From Octopus vulgaris (Eukaryota): a stretch of DNA of 64,000 bases. The position numbers were made by a program, and so were the translations under genes. The stretch spans positions 28,272,001 through 28,336,000 of the forward strand of contig OX597826.1 in assembly GCA_951406725.2 (NCBI GenBank), given 5' to 3'. The notes under the pieces were generated by a model. It worked only from the letters and a program-made list of their open reading frames with translations, ran no database searches and was not told the DNA's origin. Positions 39,142-52,479 of the stretch are shown piece after piece; the stretch's first letter is position 1; every line of letters begins with the position of its first letter.

Positions 39142-40814
39142 TGATTGAAGGCGAGTAACGACAACAGCAACAATAAGAAACGACAATAACAACAACAACA
39201 ACCAAACAACAATAATAGTAATAAGAACAACATCAACAACAAGAACGACAACAAAAATAACAACAGCAAGACTGGAGAAATTGGATGAAAAATGTTAAAA
39301 ATGATAAAATAAGTGAAAACAAGGAGAGGCAGAAAAGTTACGGAATGAGAGGGAAAAATCAAAGAACGAGTGTGTAGGCGTTCGAAAAGGGGTGAGATAG
39401 AAGGGTAGGGTACATTGGAATGATAACTATGGTAGCTGGTTCTAAAATATTTAAGGGTGGGTGACGATATGGTTAGTTAGAAACAGCAAACAACAGTGTT
39501 CTTTGAATTTCTAGATTTTGGTCAGAAATTATTGATAGAAGGCTGAAAACAAACCAGTTACAAGTGGCATGTTTCATTTCGCTAGGATATTTGGAGGTTT
39601 TTGGGTATTGAAGATTTTGGGTTTTTTTTTTTGTTTTTGTTCTTTTTTGGAGAATTTTCTGTTCTTATCAAGAGAAACCAAGAATTGGCACATGAGATAA
39701 AAATAAAAAAGTAAAAAGAAAATAAAACAAATCAACAAAAACGGAAACAACATATATATGTGTGTATGTATGAATGTATGCCTCTATATATATAGATATA
39801 TATATATATACACATATGTATGTAGGTATGTAAAATATATATATATTTGTGAGTGTATGAATAAATGCACATCTATGCTTAATCGCGTATACATATATAT
39901 ATACTTATATATACGTGTGTATAACTAATATATATATATGTATATATATAATCAGAGGCGGGAGAGAGAGATGCCTTCTGGAAATACACGCATGGATTCG
40001 TGCGAACAGATGCGGAGAGACACGTGTAGACAAACACAAACACACAGCCTCACAAACGCTAACATAGATACTCAAACACACTCGTACGGACATATATATA
40101 TATATATATATATAATGTATCTATCTCTCTATCGATGTGTGCTTATAAACAAGCCGCTTCTTCTACACACTTTTCGCTTCCATTCCACAGATAGCCGAGC
40201 ATAGAGGCAGAATTCGTCTAGATTCTATGCTAAAGTAAGTGGATAAGCTACGCATGTCTGTTTGTGAGCATTTTCTTTTACGAACCTAATGTAATAATTC
40301 CATATCCGAAGATAAATCTGGTTCTGTCCAATAATGGCATTCCTGACTCATTTGGCATTGAATAGATAGGATGCCTTGCCGAGGAATTCTTGTGCTAGAA
40401 GACTCAAATTGTTGCTATTTATAATTTCAATGCCATAACTGTATTTCCGGACATACAAGGCGACGTTGTACATTGTGTAACCGTAGTGTTAACATTCAAA
40501 CATCATCACAATCTTTCCAAACCCTATTGCATTTCACGTGGAGATTTTGGTCCTTCAACGTCGTCTTGGAGTATAAGTCGACCTTCTACTTTTTGGTTGC
40601 GAATATTAGCCTCTCTGAAAAGTTCGTCTTGTATGGCGATGTTTGGTACAAAGATACGAAGAACTTATAGATACTTTTCGTTCCTTTTCTTTTTCTCATC
40701 CTGGTCAAAACTCAGAAGAATTTAAGTAGTTTTGCATTCATGCTAAAGGTTGGTTGAAAGTTCAAACTGACTCTACCTTTTCTTTTCTTGTCTTCGTCGT
40801 AGACACGTATATAT

Positions 40815-41475
40815 GGTTCAGGGGTTAGATCGTCGGATTCACAATCACAAGGTAGCGATTCCGATTCCCTGATCGGGCTGTGTGATGTGTTCTTGAGCAA
40901 CACACTTTATTTCGCGTTGCTCCAGTTCACTCAGCTGTAGAAATGAGTTGTGATATCACCGGTGCCAAGCTGTATCGGCCTTTGCCTTTCCCTTGGATAA
41001 CATCGGTGGCGTGAAGAGGGGAGGCTGGTATGCATGGGTGACTGCTGGTCTTCCATAAACAACCTTACCCAGACTTGTGCCTCGGAGGGGAACTTTCTAG
41101 ATGCATCCCATGATCATTGCTAAACGAAGGGATTCTTTACTATTATGATATTGTAAAGGCACATGGCTTAGTGGTTCAGGTGTTGGATTTATGCTTGTAA
41201 GATTGTGGTTTCGATTCCTGTACTAGGAAATACATTGTGTTCTGAGCAAAACCCTTCATTTCATGTTGTTCCAGTTCACTCGCGACGTCACTGGTGCCAA
41301 GCTGTATCGGCCTTTGCCTTTCCCTTGAGTAACATCGGTGGCGTGGAAAGGGGTGGCTGGTATTCATGGGTGATTGCTGGTCTTCCATAAACAACCTTGC
41401 CCGGACTTGTGACTCAAAGGGGAACTTTCTAGGTGAAGTCTTATAGTCATTCATGACCAAAGGGGTTCTTTACCT
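40815..41475 (+). mobile_element. Two tandem SINE family C-related copies with a distinct tail
   Basis: 40815-41140 and 41157-41475 share ggtgccaagctgtatcggcctttgcctttcccttg...ggtcttccataaacaacctt. Confidence 0.85.
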
Positions 41476-41593
41476 TTTATTTTTGTATGTATATATGTGT
41501 GGGTGGGTGTGTGTGTAAACGTGCGTGCATGCTTTCGCGTGAATGCCTGTGTATGTGTGTATGTATGCATTTGGGTGTGTATTTTCGTGTATA

Positions 41594-41634
<41 letters not shown>

Positions 41635-41689
41635 ATACGTATGTCCATCTACTTGTTATGGGTACCAAATTACACTTTGTGACAAAATA

Positions 41690-41920
41690 ATTGTTTCTAA
41701 CCTTAATACAACAGTTCCATAATTTTGGTGAGAACGAGAAGTCGCACAGTTATTTACATACAACCCAGGGCATGACTGGTACTTCACATTATTGACTCCA
41801 GGAAAAGGAGAAGGTATAGACGACTTCGGTGAAATTTGAATCCACAAACCGTGAGTGACATAAACGAATATCGCAAGACATTCTGCCCAATGCTCTACCG
41901 ACTCTGCTAGTCTGCCACTA
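41690..41920 (-). mobile_element. SINE family B, diverged
   Basis: gactggtacttcacattattgactcc...gaaatttgaa...ctctgctagtctgcc. Confidence 0.65.
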
Positions 41921-41996
41921 TTCATCTGACAAAAATGCAAATGATAATGAACTCATAATGACACACACTCTCTCTCCCTCTCTCTCTCTCTCTCTC

Positions 41997-42038
<42 letters not shown>

Positions 42039-42039
42039 A

Positions 42040-42200
42040 TTGTTAAGAAGGACAACAAACATTAAGGCAAGGCAAACATCTCAAGTTGCATACAATATCA
42101 TTATTATTATTGGAAAAACTTATTTTTTTCCAATAAAAATTTTGTATACGACTTGAGACACTTGCCTTGCCTTAACGTTTGTTGTCCTCTTTAACAATAA
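42040..42200. repeat. Imperfect hairpin (~75-bp arms)
   Basis: ttgttaagaaggacaacaaacattaaggcaaggcaa / ttgccttgccttaacgtttgttgtcctctttaacaa. Confidence 0.85.
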
Positions 42201-42508
42201 TATTCGCTGCATCGGAATTCTGCAATGGCTCCATAACTACCGTGTAGGCTATAACCTCGGAGCCCTAGTGATCCGTTACACCACTTACCTAGTGTACCTA
42301 ATCGTTTAGATCACCTGTGAACTAAATCCCCATACTTTGTGTGTGCATATATATATATAATCTAAAGGATTGTTTCTCGGGTGTTTGCATTTACATTTAA
42401 GTTCTGATGTTCTGATTCTTCAGTAGTACCATTAGCGTTATGTGAAATGGAAATAGAAGCTTGAACAATGTGTAAATTCCAGAGTCTTACCACTGGAGAT
42501 TTCTATCG

Positions 42509-42594
<86 letters not shown>

Positions 42595-42633
42595 ATGTAT
42601 GTATGTATGTATGTATATGTACGTACACACACA

Positions 42634-42862
42634 CACACGTTTATGGCCCATCAAGTATGTCTTTCTATTTCCTCTCTCCTCTTTCTTTCACTCTTTTTCT
42701 TTTCTCTTTCCATGTGTATATGTTATATATATATGTGTGTGTGTGTGTATAACACATACACACATGGAGAGAAAAGAGTGAAAGAGAGAAAGTTAGAGAG
42801 ATATTTAAAACGGGAGACAGGAAATAGAAAGACATACCAGAAGGGCCATAAACGTGTTTGTG
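42634..42862. repeat. Imperfect inverted repeat around a (TA)(TG) core
   Basis: cacgtttatggccc..gtatgtctttctatttcct / aggaaatagaaagacatac..gggccataaacgtg. Confidence 0.8.
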
Positions 42863-43369
42863 TGTATATATATATATATATAATATGAACACTTATGTAT
42901 AATTATATATACTTATGTAATTATAAATACACACATGTATAATTACATTTACCCGCACTCATATTGCCACAATCATGTTAGAACAGGTCCATGGAGATAT
43001 TCACATGATAAGCAAAGAGATGTTTAAGAGGGTTAAGAAAGGAAGGAGGGAAGGAAGGTCCTTTTATAAAGTTTTCTTCTAAGTAAAGCGGGTGCTGAAA
43101 ATGGTTGCAATTACCCAAACCGTGTGTCAGAGACATAAAAAATTAAGGGCCAATGGAAGAATGTTGTTACATGGGTAGGTTATGAAGAATAGGCTGTGCC
43201 GTGTGATTTTGTAGAGTGGGGGAGGTCTAGGAGGTTGAGTGAATTGTAATCGAATAAGAGAATTTAGGTAACCAGTTGGGAAGGATTTCTGACATTCAAC
43301 GTAGAGTTTGCGGGTTCGCAGCTTGTCGCTGGACGAGCTTATTCTAAGTAATGAACTAAGAAAGCAAAT

Positions 43370-43695
43370 ACTGGTACTCTGTCGGTTACGACAACGAGGG
43401 TTCGAGTTAATCCGATCAACGGATAAGCCTGCTCGTGTGATTAACGTCCAAGTGGTTGAGCACTCCACAGGCACGCGTAACTTTAACGTAGTTCTATGCA
43501 GGATTCAGCGTGACACAGAATGTGACGAGGTTGGCCCTTTCAAATACAAGTACAACTCATTTATGCCAGTTGGCTGGACTGGAGCAATGTGAAATAAAGT
43601 GTCTTGCTCAAGGATGCAACGTGTAACCGGAAATCGAGCTCACGACCTTACGATTATGCGCGGAATACCCTAACCACTGAGACACGCACCTTCAC
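43370..43695 (-). mobile_element. SINE family C
   Basis: Reverse complement homologous to 33400-33700 and 54897-55284. Confidence 0.8.
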
Positions 43696-44749
43696 AGTTA
43701 TAAAATAAACTTAATTTCTATTTGACAGCCAATGCTCTTCACTTCCAAACAGACTAGTTCACGTTAGTGACCCAATCGTAGCAGAGCTGCATTTAATCAC
43801 TAATGAAGAAGTACAGTAACTAATAAATTTTATTCTCAAATCCGAGAATCCATTTTGCTGATCGTATAACCGGTGCTGCATTTTATAACTAATAAACTAA
43901 ACCCTGCGATAGGACGGCACGTTTTGATAATCGTATAAACGGTGATGCATTGGTACATTTTTATCGACTCCGAAAGGATGAAAAGCAAAGTTGACCTCGG
44001 TGGGATTCGAACTCAGGGCACAGAACCTCGGGACAAATACCACGAAGTAGTCTGTCTGTCGCTCAAACGATTCATCCAACTCGCCACCCGCTATATACCA
44101 CGTGATATACAACGCTGGCATGCAACAGCATTTATAGTATGTTATTGTAGCAAGACTGGAAACCAGGTGATCAGATTGCGACATTTAGATCATGGCACAG
44201 CTGCGACTTCTTCCTGTGTTAGGCCGAGTTATTGATCTATCAGCAACCACACTCTATGTGATAGATCATTCTAGATCCTTCTGGAACGTTCCGATACAAG
44301 GATTACACAAAAAAACACGTTTTTGGCGCCAACCTTTAGTGTGGGGTAACCCACGCTCCAGGTCCACACACTATTACCTTTTACAATGATTGTTTTCACA
44401 CCTTTTACTCAACCTGATTAAGTCGCTATATGAATGCTACGGAATTATTCTTTCAATTGTGTTGATTTGTTGTTGAAACATTCTAATTCGTGACCAACCC
44501 GAAAATATTATTTGTGCGGCGAAATAAGAGTCACAGTTATGTGTTTGCAAGATGTTGTTACATCATTCAAACGCAGCCACACGCATACCACCTCCTTGCA
44601 ACACAATATACAAACCAGGTTATTATGCAATAACGTCTGTACAATGTTTAATACACTTACATTGATGCCTATCTCATGATGTGCACATCTTCCGTTTATC
44701 TACACCAGATACAATAACTCGGTATTTAATGGCGTCTATGCTACGTGAC

Positions 44750-46042
44750 GCGCAGACAAAGCTTTTGGCTGTATGATAAGTTTGCTTTCGAGCCACGTGC
44801 TTCTAAGTTCAGTTGCACGTTAGGCAAGTATCTTCTGTTATAGCCTACAGCCAACCAAAGCCTCGTGAGTGGATTTAGTCGACAGAAACTGAAAAAAGGA
44901 AGGTGGCGAGCTGGCAGAAACGTTAGCACGCCGGGCGAAATGCGAAGCCGTATTTCGTCTGCCGTTACGTTCTGAGTTCAAATTCCGCCGAGGTCGACTT
45001 TGCCATTCATCCTTTCCGGGTCGATGAATTAAGTACCAGTGACGCACAGAGGTTGATGTAATCGACTTAATCCCTTTGTCTGTCCTTGTTTGTCCCCTTA
45101 TGTTTAGCCCCTTGTGGGCAATAAAGAAATAAGAAAAGCCCGTCGTATGTGTGTGTGTCTGTCTGTGCTTGTCACCCACCATCGCTCAACAACCGGTGAC
45201 GGTGTGTTTACGTCCCTGTTATCTAGCGGTTAGGCAAATGACACCTATAGAATAAGTACAAGGGTTTTAAAAAAGTAAGTACTGGAGTTTATGCATTCAA
45301 GTAAAAATGCTCCCGTGTGGTGTCCTAGCATGGCCCCAATCTGATGACTGAAACCAAATAAAGAAAAAAATCCTCGGCGGAATTTGAACGCAGGATGAAA
45401 TACCTATTTCTTTACTACCCAGAAGGGGCTACACACAGAGGGGACAAACAAGGACAGACAAACGGATCGATTATATCGACCCCAATGCGTAACTGGTGCT
45501 TATCTAATCGACCCCGAAAGGATGAAAGGCAAAGTCGACTTCGGCGGAATTTGAACTCAGAACGTAAAAACAGACGAAATACCTATTTCTTTACAACCCA
45601 CAAGGGGCTAAACACAGAGAGGACAAACAAGGATAGATACACGGATTAAGTCGATTATATCGACCCCAGTGCGTAACTGGTACTTAATCTATCAACCCCC
45701 CCAAAAGGATGAAAAGCAAAGTCGACCTCTGCGGAATTTGAACTCAGAACGTAACGGCAGACGAAATACCGCTAAGCATTTCGCCCAGCATGCTAACGTT
45801 TCTGCCAGATCGCCGACTCAATTATAATAAGGTTTCAATTTTTGGCACAAATCCAGTAATTTCGGAGGAGGGTTAAGTTGATTACATCGACTCCAGTGCT
45901 CAACTGGTACTTATTTTATCGACCCCGAAATGATGAAAGGCTAAGTTGACCTCGACGGAATTTGAACTCAGAACGTGAAGAAGGACGAAATACCACTAAA
46001 CATTTTGCCCGGCATGCTAACGATTCTGCCAGCTCGCCACCT
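44750..46042. mobile_element. Nested cluster of SINE A fragments and SINE B copies/multimers
   Basis: A head (-) 44750-44895, B (+) 44901-45131, A tail (+) 45136-45362, B multimer (-) 45373-45816, B (-) 45830-46042. Confidence 0.85.
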
Positions 46043-46257
46043 ATAAGAATAATAATAATAATCAGGGCCTCTCACCAGCACTGTTAGTCCCCCGGTAAAG
46101 CCACGTCCTGGGATCACTGTAGACATTGCAACATAGGTTTGCATTGGGACCTCTAGACTAATGCTTCTCAATCTATCGGGTGGGGCGTACAGGCAGTTTT
46201 TTTTTCCAATGTGCCAGGGACCGGTAATATTAATTCATACCTGAAACAATATATATA

Positions 46258-46745
46258 CAGTTCTATATTTAAGAGATGAGGAATTATGTACATTATTTAT
46301 ATTTGCCGGATATTTGTCCTCATCTTGTTTGTTAACACAACGTTTCGCCTGACATCCCCTCCAGCCTTCATCATGTGTCTTGGAGAAATTTCGAACCTAG
46401 GTTCTCATTCCTAAGGTATTTTTCGATATTTTTATTATCCTTCAGGTCACTCCCTGGAATCGAACTCGGAATCTTGGGGTTAGAAGCCCGTGCTCTTAAC
46501 CACTACGCCGCGCTACTAACCCCCAAGATTCCGAGTTCGATTCCAGGCAGTGACCTGAATAATAATGATGATGATGATAATAATAATAATAATAATAATA
46601 ACATCGAAAAATACCTTAGGAATGAGAACCCAGGTTCGAAATTTCCGCAAGACACCTGATGAAGGCAGGAGGGTATATCAGCCGAAACGTTGCGTTAACA
46701 ACAAACAAGATGAGAACAAATATCCGTCAAATTTAAATAATGTAA
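46258..46745. mobile_element. Family D tRNA-head + hammerhead element as head-to-head inverted pair
   Basis: Minus copy 46258-46509 and plus copy 46510-46745. Confidence 0.85.
46651..46696 (+). ncRNA. Minimal type-I hammerhead ribozyme (family D)
   Basis: gacac-CTGATGA-a-ggcag..cagcc-GAAACGT-T-gcgtt; predicted cleavage after 46691. Confidence 0.7.
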
Positions 46746-47012
46746 CTAATAAACACTATATATAATGAATATAATAAAAGTTGACAATTTAAAAAAAATT
46801 TTATATGTATTTTGTAAACAAATAATACAATATTACATAAGTATTTTATAAGCATTTTATAACGTTTCTTTCTTTTCTGGAAACTCACCGCGTACCGGCA
46901 GCTGATGGCTCGCTTTGAGTAGCACTGAGCTGGACCATTGGAGCCCCACGGGCAAATGCCCGGAGCGCCAATGCCTCAAGATAACGCTACTATTACTACA
47001 ACTACTACTACT

Positions 47013-47044
<32 letters not shown>

Positions 47045-47529
47045 TATTCCTCAGTTTTTCAGTGGTTGGTGTCTTTGTTTTATTTTTCCGTGTTAGCATG
47101 TGTACAAAAGGTTTCCGCGCGCGCATGCGTGTATGTGTGTGTGTGTGTGTGTTTAAGTATCTATATGTGTACATGTGCATGTCTGCAAGTGTATGTACGT
47201 ATGTGCGTGTGCGTGTGTGTTTCAGAAACACTAGACAGTTGTTGTGTTTTCTTACTACGGCCTTGAAAGAAAAACATAAATATATCTAATCAAACATTAT
47301 AATATGCGTACGCACGAACAGACACACAAATACACTACACACACACACACACTCTTGCACACACATACACATATTCTCTTACACACACTCAGTCTCAGTC
47401 ACGTACACATTCAGTCTAATACATACATATACACACACTAGTACACATTTAAATTCAGTCTCGTACACATATTCACTCTAGTTCACACACACACGCGCAC
47501 ACTAACACCCTCAATCTCCTACACATGCA

Positions 47530-47582
<53 letters not shown>

Positions 47583-47951
47583 TAGTATATGCACTTAGAG
47601 AGGCGCACATACACATACCTATATACATACATGTACACACAAGTTTATATACACGTTAGTGCCAACGACAAATATGCCACCACCACCACCACCACCACCA
47701 CCATCTCCCAACAAACAAATGTTAAAACAAACACATAGACATGCTGACATGCGCACAAATAGACACAGCAACAAAAAACAAAGTAGAAAAGAAAAGAAAG
47801 AAACGGTCACATGACCACGTACATTCAGTTAGAACACGTTTCCAGGTTTCGGTGAATAACTGAACGTCACGTTTATACTACATTCAAACACACACACACA
47901 CATTGAAGAATATGCATATGTATGCATCTTTCTCACCTATAGTCTCTTTCA

Positions 47952-47984
<33 letters not shown>

Positions 47985-48196
47985 CCTATCTATCTATCTG
48001 TACATTTGTGTGGGTGTGTTTTTTGTGTGCCTGTGTGCACGCTGTGTATAGACACAAAATGGTTGATAGATTGGTGAATCAATGGGTAGATAGATCGATA
48101 GATAGACATTAGAAGATATGTATGTACATATAGATTACTTATCTATATGGAACATATTTGTGTATGTGTGTATACACGCATACATTTACATACGTA

Positions 48197-48250
<54 letters not shown>

Positions 48251-48270
48251 TTTACACATATATGTATACA

Positions 48271-48321
<51 letters not shown>

Positions 48322-48905
48322 TGTATATATATATATATATACATGTATATATATTTACACACATGTGTATATGTGTGTATATACATATATATATATATAT
48401 ACGCACGCACACACATATGAACATGCGTATGTATGTAGATATGGTTCCCCCCCTTCTTTCTTTTCCTACCCCTCTTTCTCTCTCTTTCTCTCACGCGCGC
48501 ACACACACACTTGCATAACAATACACGTGCACGTATCATGTCTACGTCTACGGACTTGCATCAAGCGAACGAAACGCCATTGCAACTGCAAGTGAACTGC
48601 ACCCTCTATCACTAGCAGGCCTCCATCGCTGGAAACAAGCCGTTTGTTTTGTGTTTCGCTGTCAGTTGTACTGCAAGCGTTGTCTGTCACATCTGACTTG
48701 CATTTCAATTACAAACTATAACATGCATGATTGCAGATCTTTGCAAAACTGTCTTTATATGCCACGACAGAAACTCGATATATATCATCGAGACATTCGC
48801 CTGTTTCCGGCGAGTAACGTTACGACGAAAATGTCAGCTAGCCAGACAGGTAGCTGGCTAGTTAACTTAAAACTATGTACGGTGTATCAAAGATAGATGG
48901 ATAGG

Positions 48906-48964
<59 letters not shown>

Positions 48965-49419
48965 GCAGACAGACAGACAGACAGACTGGGAGCTCTTAGA
49001 CGTATCCTTGTCCATCAATACAGCAACAAGAAGACTTAACCACAACGATTGTAATAACTGCAACAATATCAAAGAAACTAGGTTGAAAAAGAATAGCAGA
49101 AACATAAAGCTCTCGCGAACTTATGATTAAAAGACAAGCAGACTGTTAGTATGTTTGGAAATCAATAGACGTAAAGAAAAATTAGAAACAATTCTTATCT
49201 TTCTGTGTCCAGAAAACAAAGGCTCCTTTCTAAGTAATGTCCAAAATATGTCTTGTTAGTAAAAGGGATGTTAACGAATATATAAAGAGAAAGGGTGCGT
49301 ATGGAATTTTGGTTTTGTTATTTATGTGTTTGTATGTGCATAGATAGATAGATAGATAGATAGATGGGTAGATAGATGGGAATAGATAGACAGACAGACA
49401 GATGGGTGGAGAGAGAGAT

Positions 49420-49491
49420 GTGTTTCTTTATTGGCCACACAGGGCTGAACACAGAGGAGTCAAAATACAAAGTAGAGCTTTTCTTTTGGGG

Positions 49492-49495
<4 letters not shown>
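49420..49495 (-). mobile_element. Short LINE-like 3' tail inside (GATA)n
   Basis: Reverse complement ctctgtgttcagccctgtgtggccaataaagaaa resembles the SINE B tail. Confidence 0.5.
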
Positions 49496-49576
<81 letters not shown>

Positions 49577-49639
49577 GGGTAGATAGACAGAACAAATATG
49601 TAGGCTTGGTAGAGCAGCGTAGGAGAAACTGAACCCCAT

Positions 49640-50830
49640 ACATGAGGACTACTGAAAGTAACGTAAAACTGGGCGTAACTTTTTACTTGATATAAGTCGT
49701 TCAAACTGCATATGTTGGTTAAGTAATTCTTTCTCTGCAGTAACTCTTCTTCGCGTTCTTCGTTCTGGGAAAACAATGGGTTCCACACAAAAGCAACGAG
49801 CCAACATTGTATTCTTGACGCAGTGGGGGCTACAAGCTGTCCGACCTCTGCGGAAGGTCATAAGGTGACTTTCGGAGTTGTCACCATTGACAAGAACGAA
49901 ATGCAAAGATGGATGATGTTAAAAAGAAGGGGAAACCAGTATTGAAGAAAATCCATCGACTGTGACCACTAGCACGAATCGCCAGCAAATGGACGAATGG
50001 ATTCGCGTTTACAGATGAATTTTAATCCATGGTCTTACTGCACAACTGGACTGAGGTCACAAGGCATGGCAGACGATAGTAGAAGACTTTGGGTGTTGGG
50101 CTGTGTATATAAAGTGGGTACCTCGGCTGTTGATACACGTATAAAAGGAGAAAGTGATGAATGTTTGCTCTGACCTCCTGGAAATAATTAAGCCAATGAA
50201 AATACGTTTCGGATCTGGTGACAGATGAAATGTAGCAGCATCTTTATGATCCAGAAAATAATGGTTCGTTCTATGAAATACAGTTGCACCTTTTCTCCAA
50301 TGCGTAAGAAGCACAAAAGCCTAAGATCGGCAAAAGAAGGCGTGGTAACAATTTAGGGACGACATGGGCCTCATTCTCCTTGGGCTTTTAGAACATGGCT
50401 GTGCGGTGAGCAGTGGGCGAGTGATACATTGAAACTCTCAAAAAGCTTAGAGAAGCCGTTACATGAAAGAGTTCTAATAAGAATTTGAAACCTGGTCTAT
50501 ATTCACCATAACAATGTGCAATAACGCACATCTTTGGTAGCAAAACACGCAAACAGCGAATAGTGTGGGTGAGTTATCGCCCTGTCATCGTATTACGTGG
50601 ATCTGATGCCCTCGGTCCAGTAAAGAACAGTGTTAAGGGACAATGATTTCATAACAAAAAGTAAAAGTGGTTGTGAAGAAGTGGCTACAGCAGCGTGAAT
50701 CAGAATTTTGTTTTTCGAAGAAGCTTCCAGAGTTGCGTGAAAAGATGGCGCAAATGTGGGGCATATTATCTTGAGTAACCCAAGTGAATAAAGGAAAAGA
50801 TTTTCTATCAAACGTGGAATTTTGAACAAC
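49640..50830 (+). pseudogene. Highly decayed mariner transposase
   Basis: KWVPRLL at ~50112, VTDE..HLYDPE, DLMPS, KRWRKC; many stops and frameshifts. Confidence 0.75.
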
Positions 50831-51029
50831 GTTGTGTCAGTTCAACATCGTACATGCACACATGTATGTCTGTATATGTATGAGCATGTACATATGTGTG
50901 TGTGCATGAATATATGTATATATGTATGTGCACACGTATGGGTATATATGAATACACACACACACATATATATATATACAGATACATACATATACGTACA
51001 ACACATGCTTATATTTATATATATATAAT

Positions 51030-51797
51030 TCCTTTACTTGTTTCAGTCATTTGACTGCGGCCATGCTGGGGCACCGCCTTTAGTCGAGCAAATCGACCTC
51101 AGGACTTATTCTTTGTAAGCCCAGTACTTATTCTATCGGTCTCTATTGCCGAACCGCTAAGTTCGTGGTTGTAATATTGTCAAGCGATGTTGGGGGGACA
51201 AATACAGACACACAAACATAAACACATATACACACGTCTCCCAAAGCCACTCACAGGGCGTTGGTTGGCCCGAGGCTATAGTAGAAGACACTTGCCCAAG
51301 TTGCCACGCAGTGGGACTGAACCTGGGACCATGTGGTTGGTAAGCAAGCTACTTATTTCTTTATTGCCTACAGGGTGCTAAACATAGAGGAGACAAACAA
51401 GGACAGACAAAGGGATTAAGTCGATTACATCGACCCCAGTGCATAACTGGTATTTAATTTATCAAACCCGAAAGGATAAAAGGCAAAGTCGACCTTGGCG
51501 GAATATGAACTCAGAACGTAGTGGCAGACGAAATACCTAGTTCTTTACTACCCACAAGGGGCTAAACACAGAGGGGACAAACAAGGACAGACAAACGGAT
51601 TAAGTCGATTACATCGATTCCAGTGCGTCACTGCTACTTAATTTATCGAACCCGAAAGGATGAAAGACAAAGTCGACCTCGGCAGAATTTGAACTCAGAA
51701 CGTAGCGGCAGACGAAATACCGCTAAGCATTTCGCCCGGCGTGTTACGTTTCTGCCACCACGCCGCCATAAGGTACTTACCATACAGCCACTCCTGC

Positions 51798-51798
<1 letters not shown>
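51030..51798 (-). mobile_element. SINE A interrupted by SINE B dimer (51355-51770)
   Basis: A head resumes after the insert; short TSD tactta. Confidence 0.88.
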
Positions 51799-51884
<86 letters not shown>

Positions 51885-52002
51885 TACTGGAGACAAGGCT
51901 GCATGGCATTATACACTTATTTCCATATACAGTTTGTATGTATGATGTATAGATATGTGTGTGTGTCTATACACATATATGAATATACATACACGTACAT
52001 AC

Positions 52003-52037
<35 letters not shown>

Positions 52038-52479
52038 CATATGTACCCACTTGCACGCATGTGTATATATGTGTGTGTGTCTGTACACATATACGAATAT
52101 ACGTGCACACACATGCATACGTATACGTATATAAATATATATACCCACATACACGCGTGTGTGTGTCATACATTATATGGTAATGTAAGCCCCAGTCCTG
52201 TAGCTAGTAAAGAGCAAAATTAGGCAACTCAGACATTTTGGTTGGTATAAAGAAGGATCATATTTTATTTGTTTATTTGCTTGCCATGTTTATAATGCTT
52301 GTTTATTTATTATGTTTGTTTATTGGTTTGTTTTGGTGTTGTGTTCCTCTGTTTGTGAAGACGGGTTGTCTGAAATGGATCCGTGTTGTCGTTGTTTCCG
52401 TGTTTAACATAAGGTACCTAACGGTCAGCTCTATGTTGCCTGTCGACATTTTCATGTCAGGGTCGACGTTGAGGACTGG

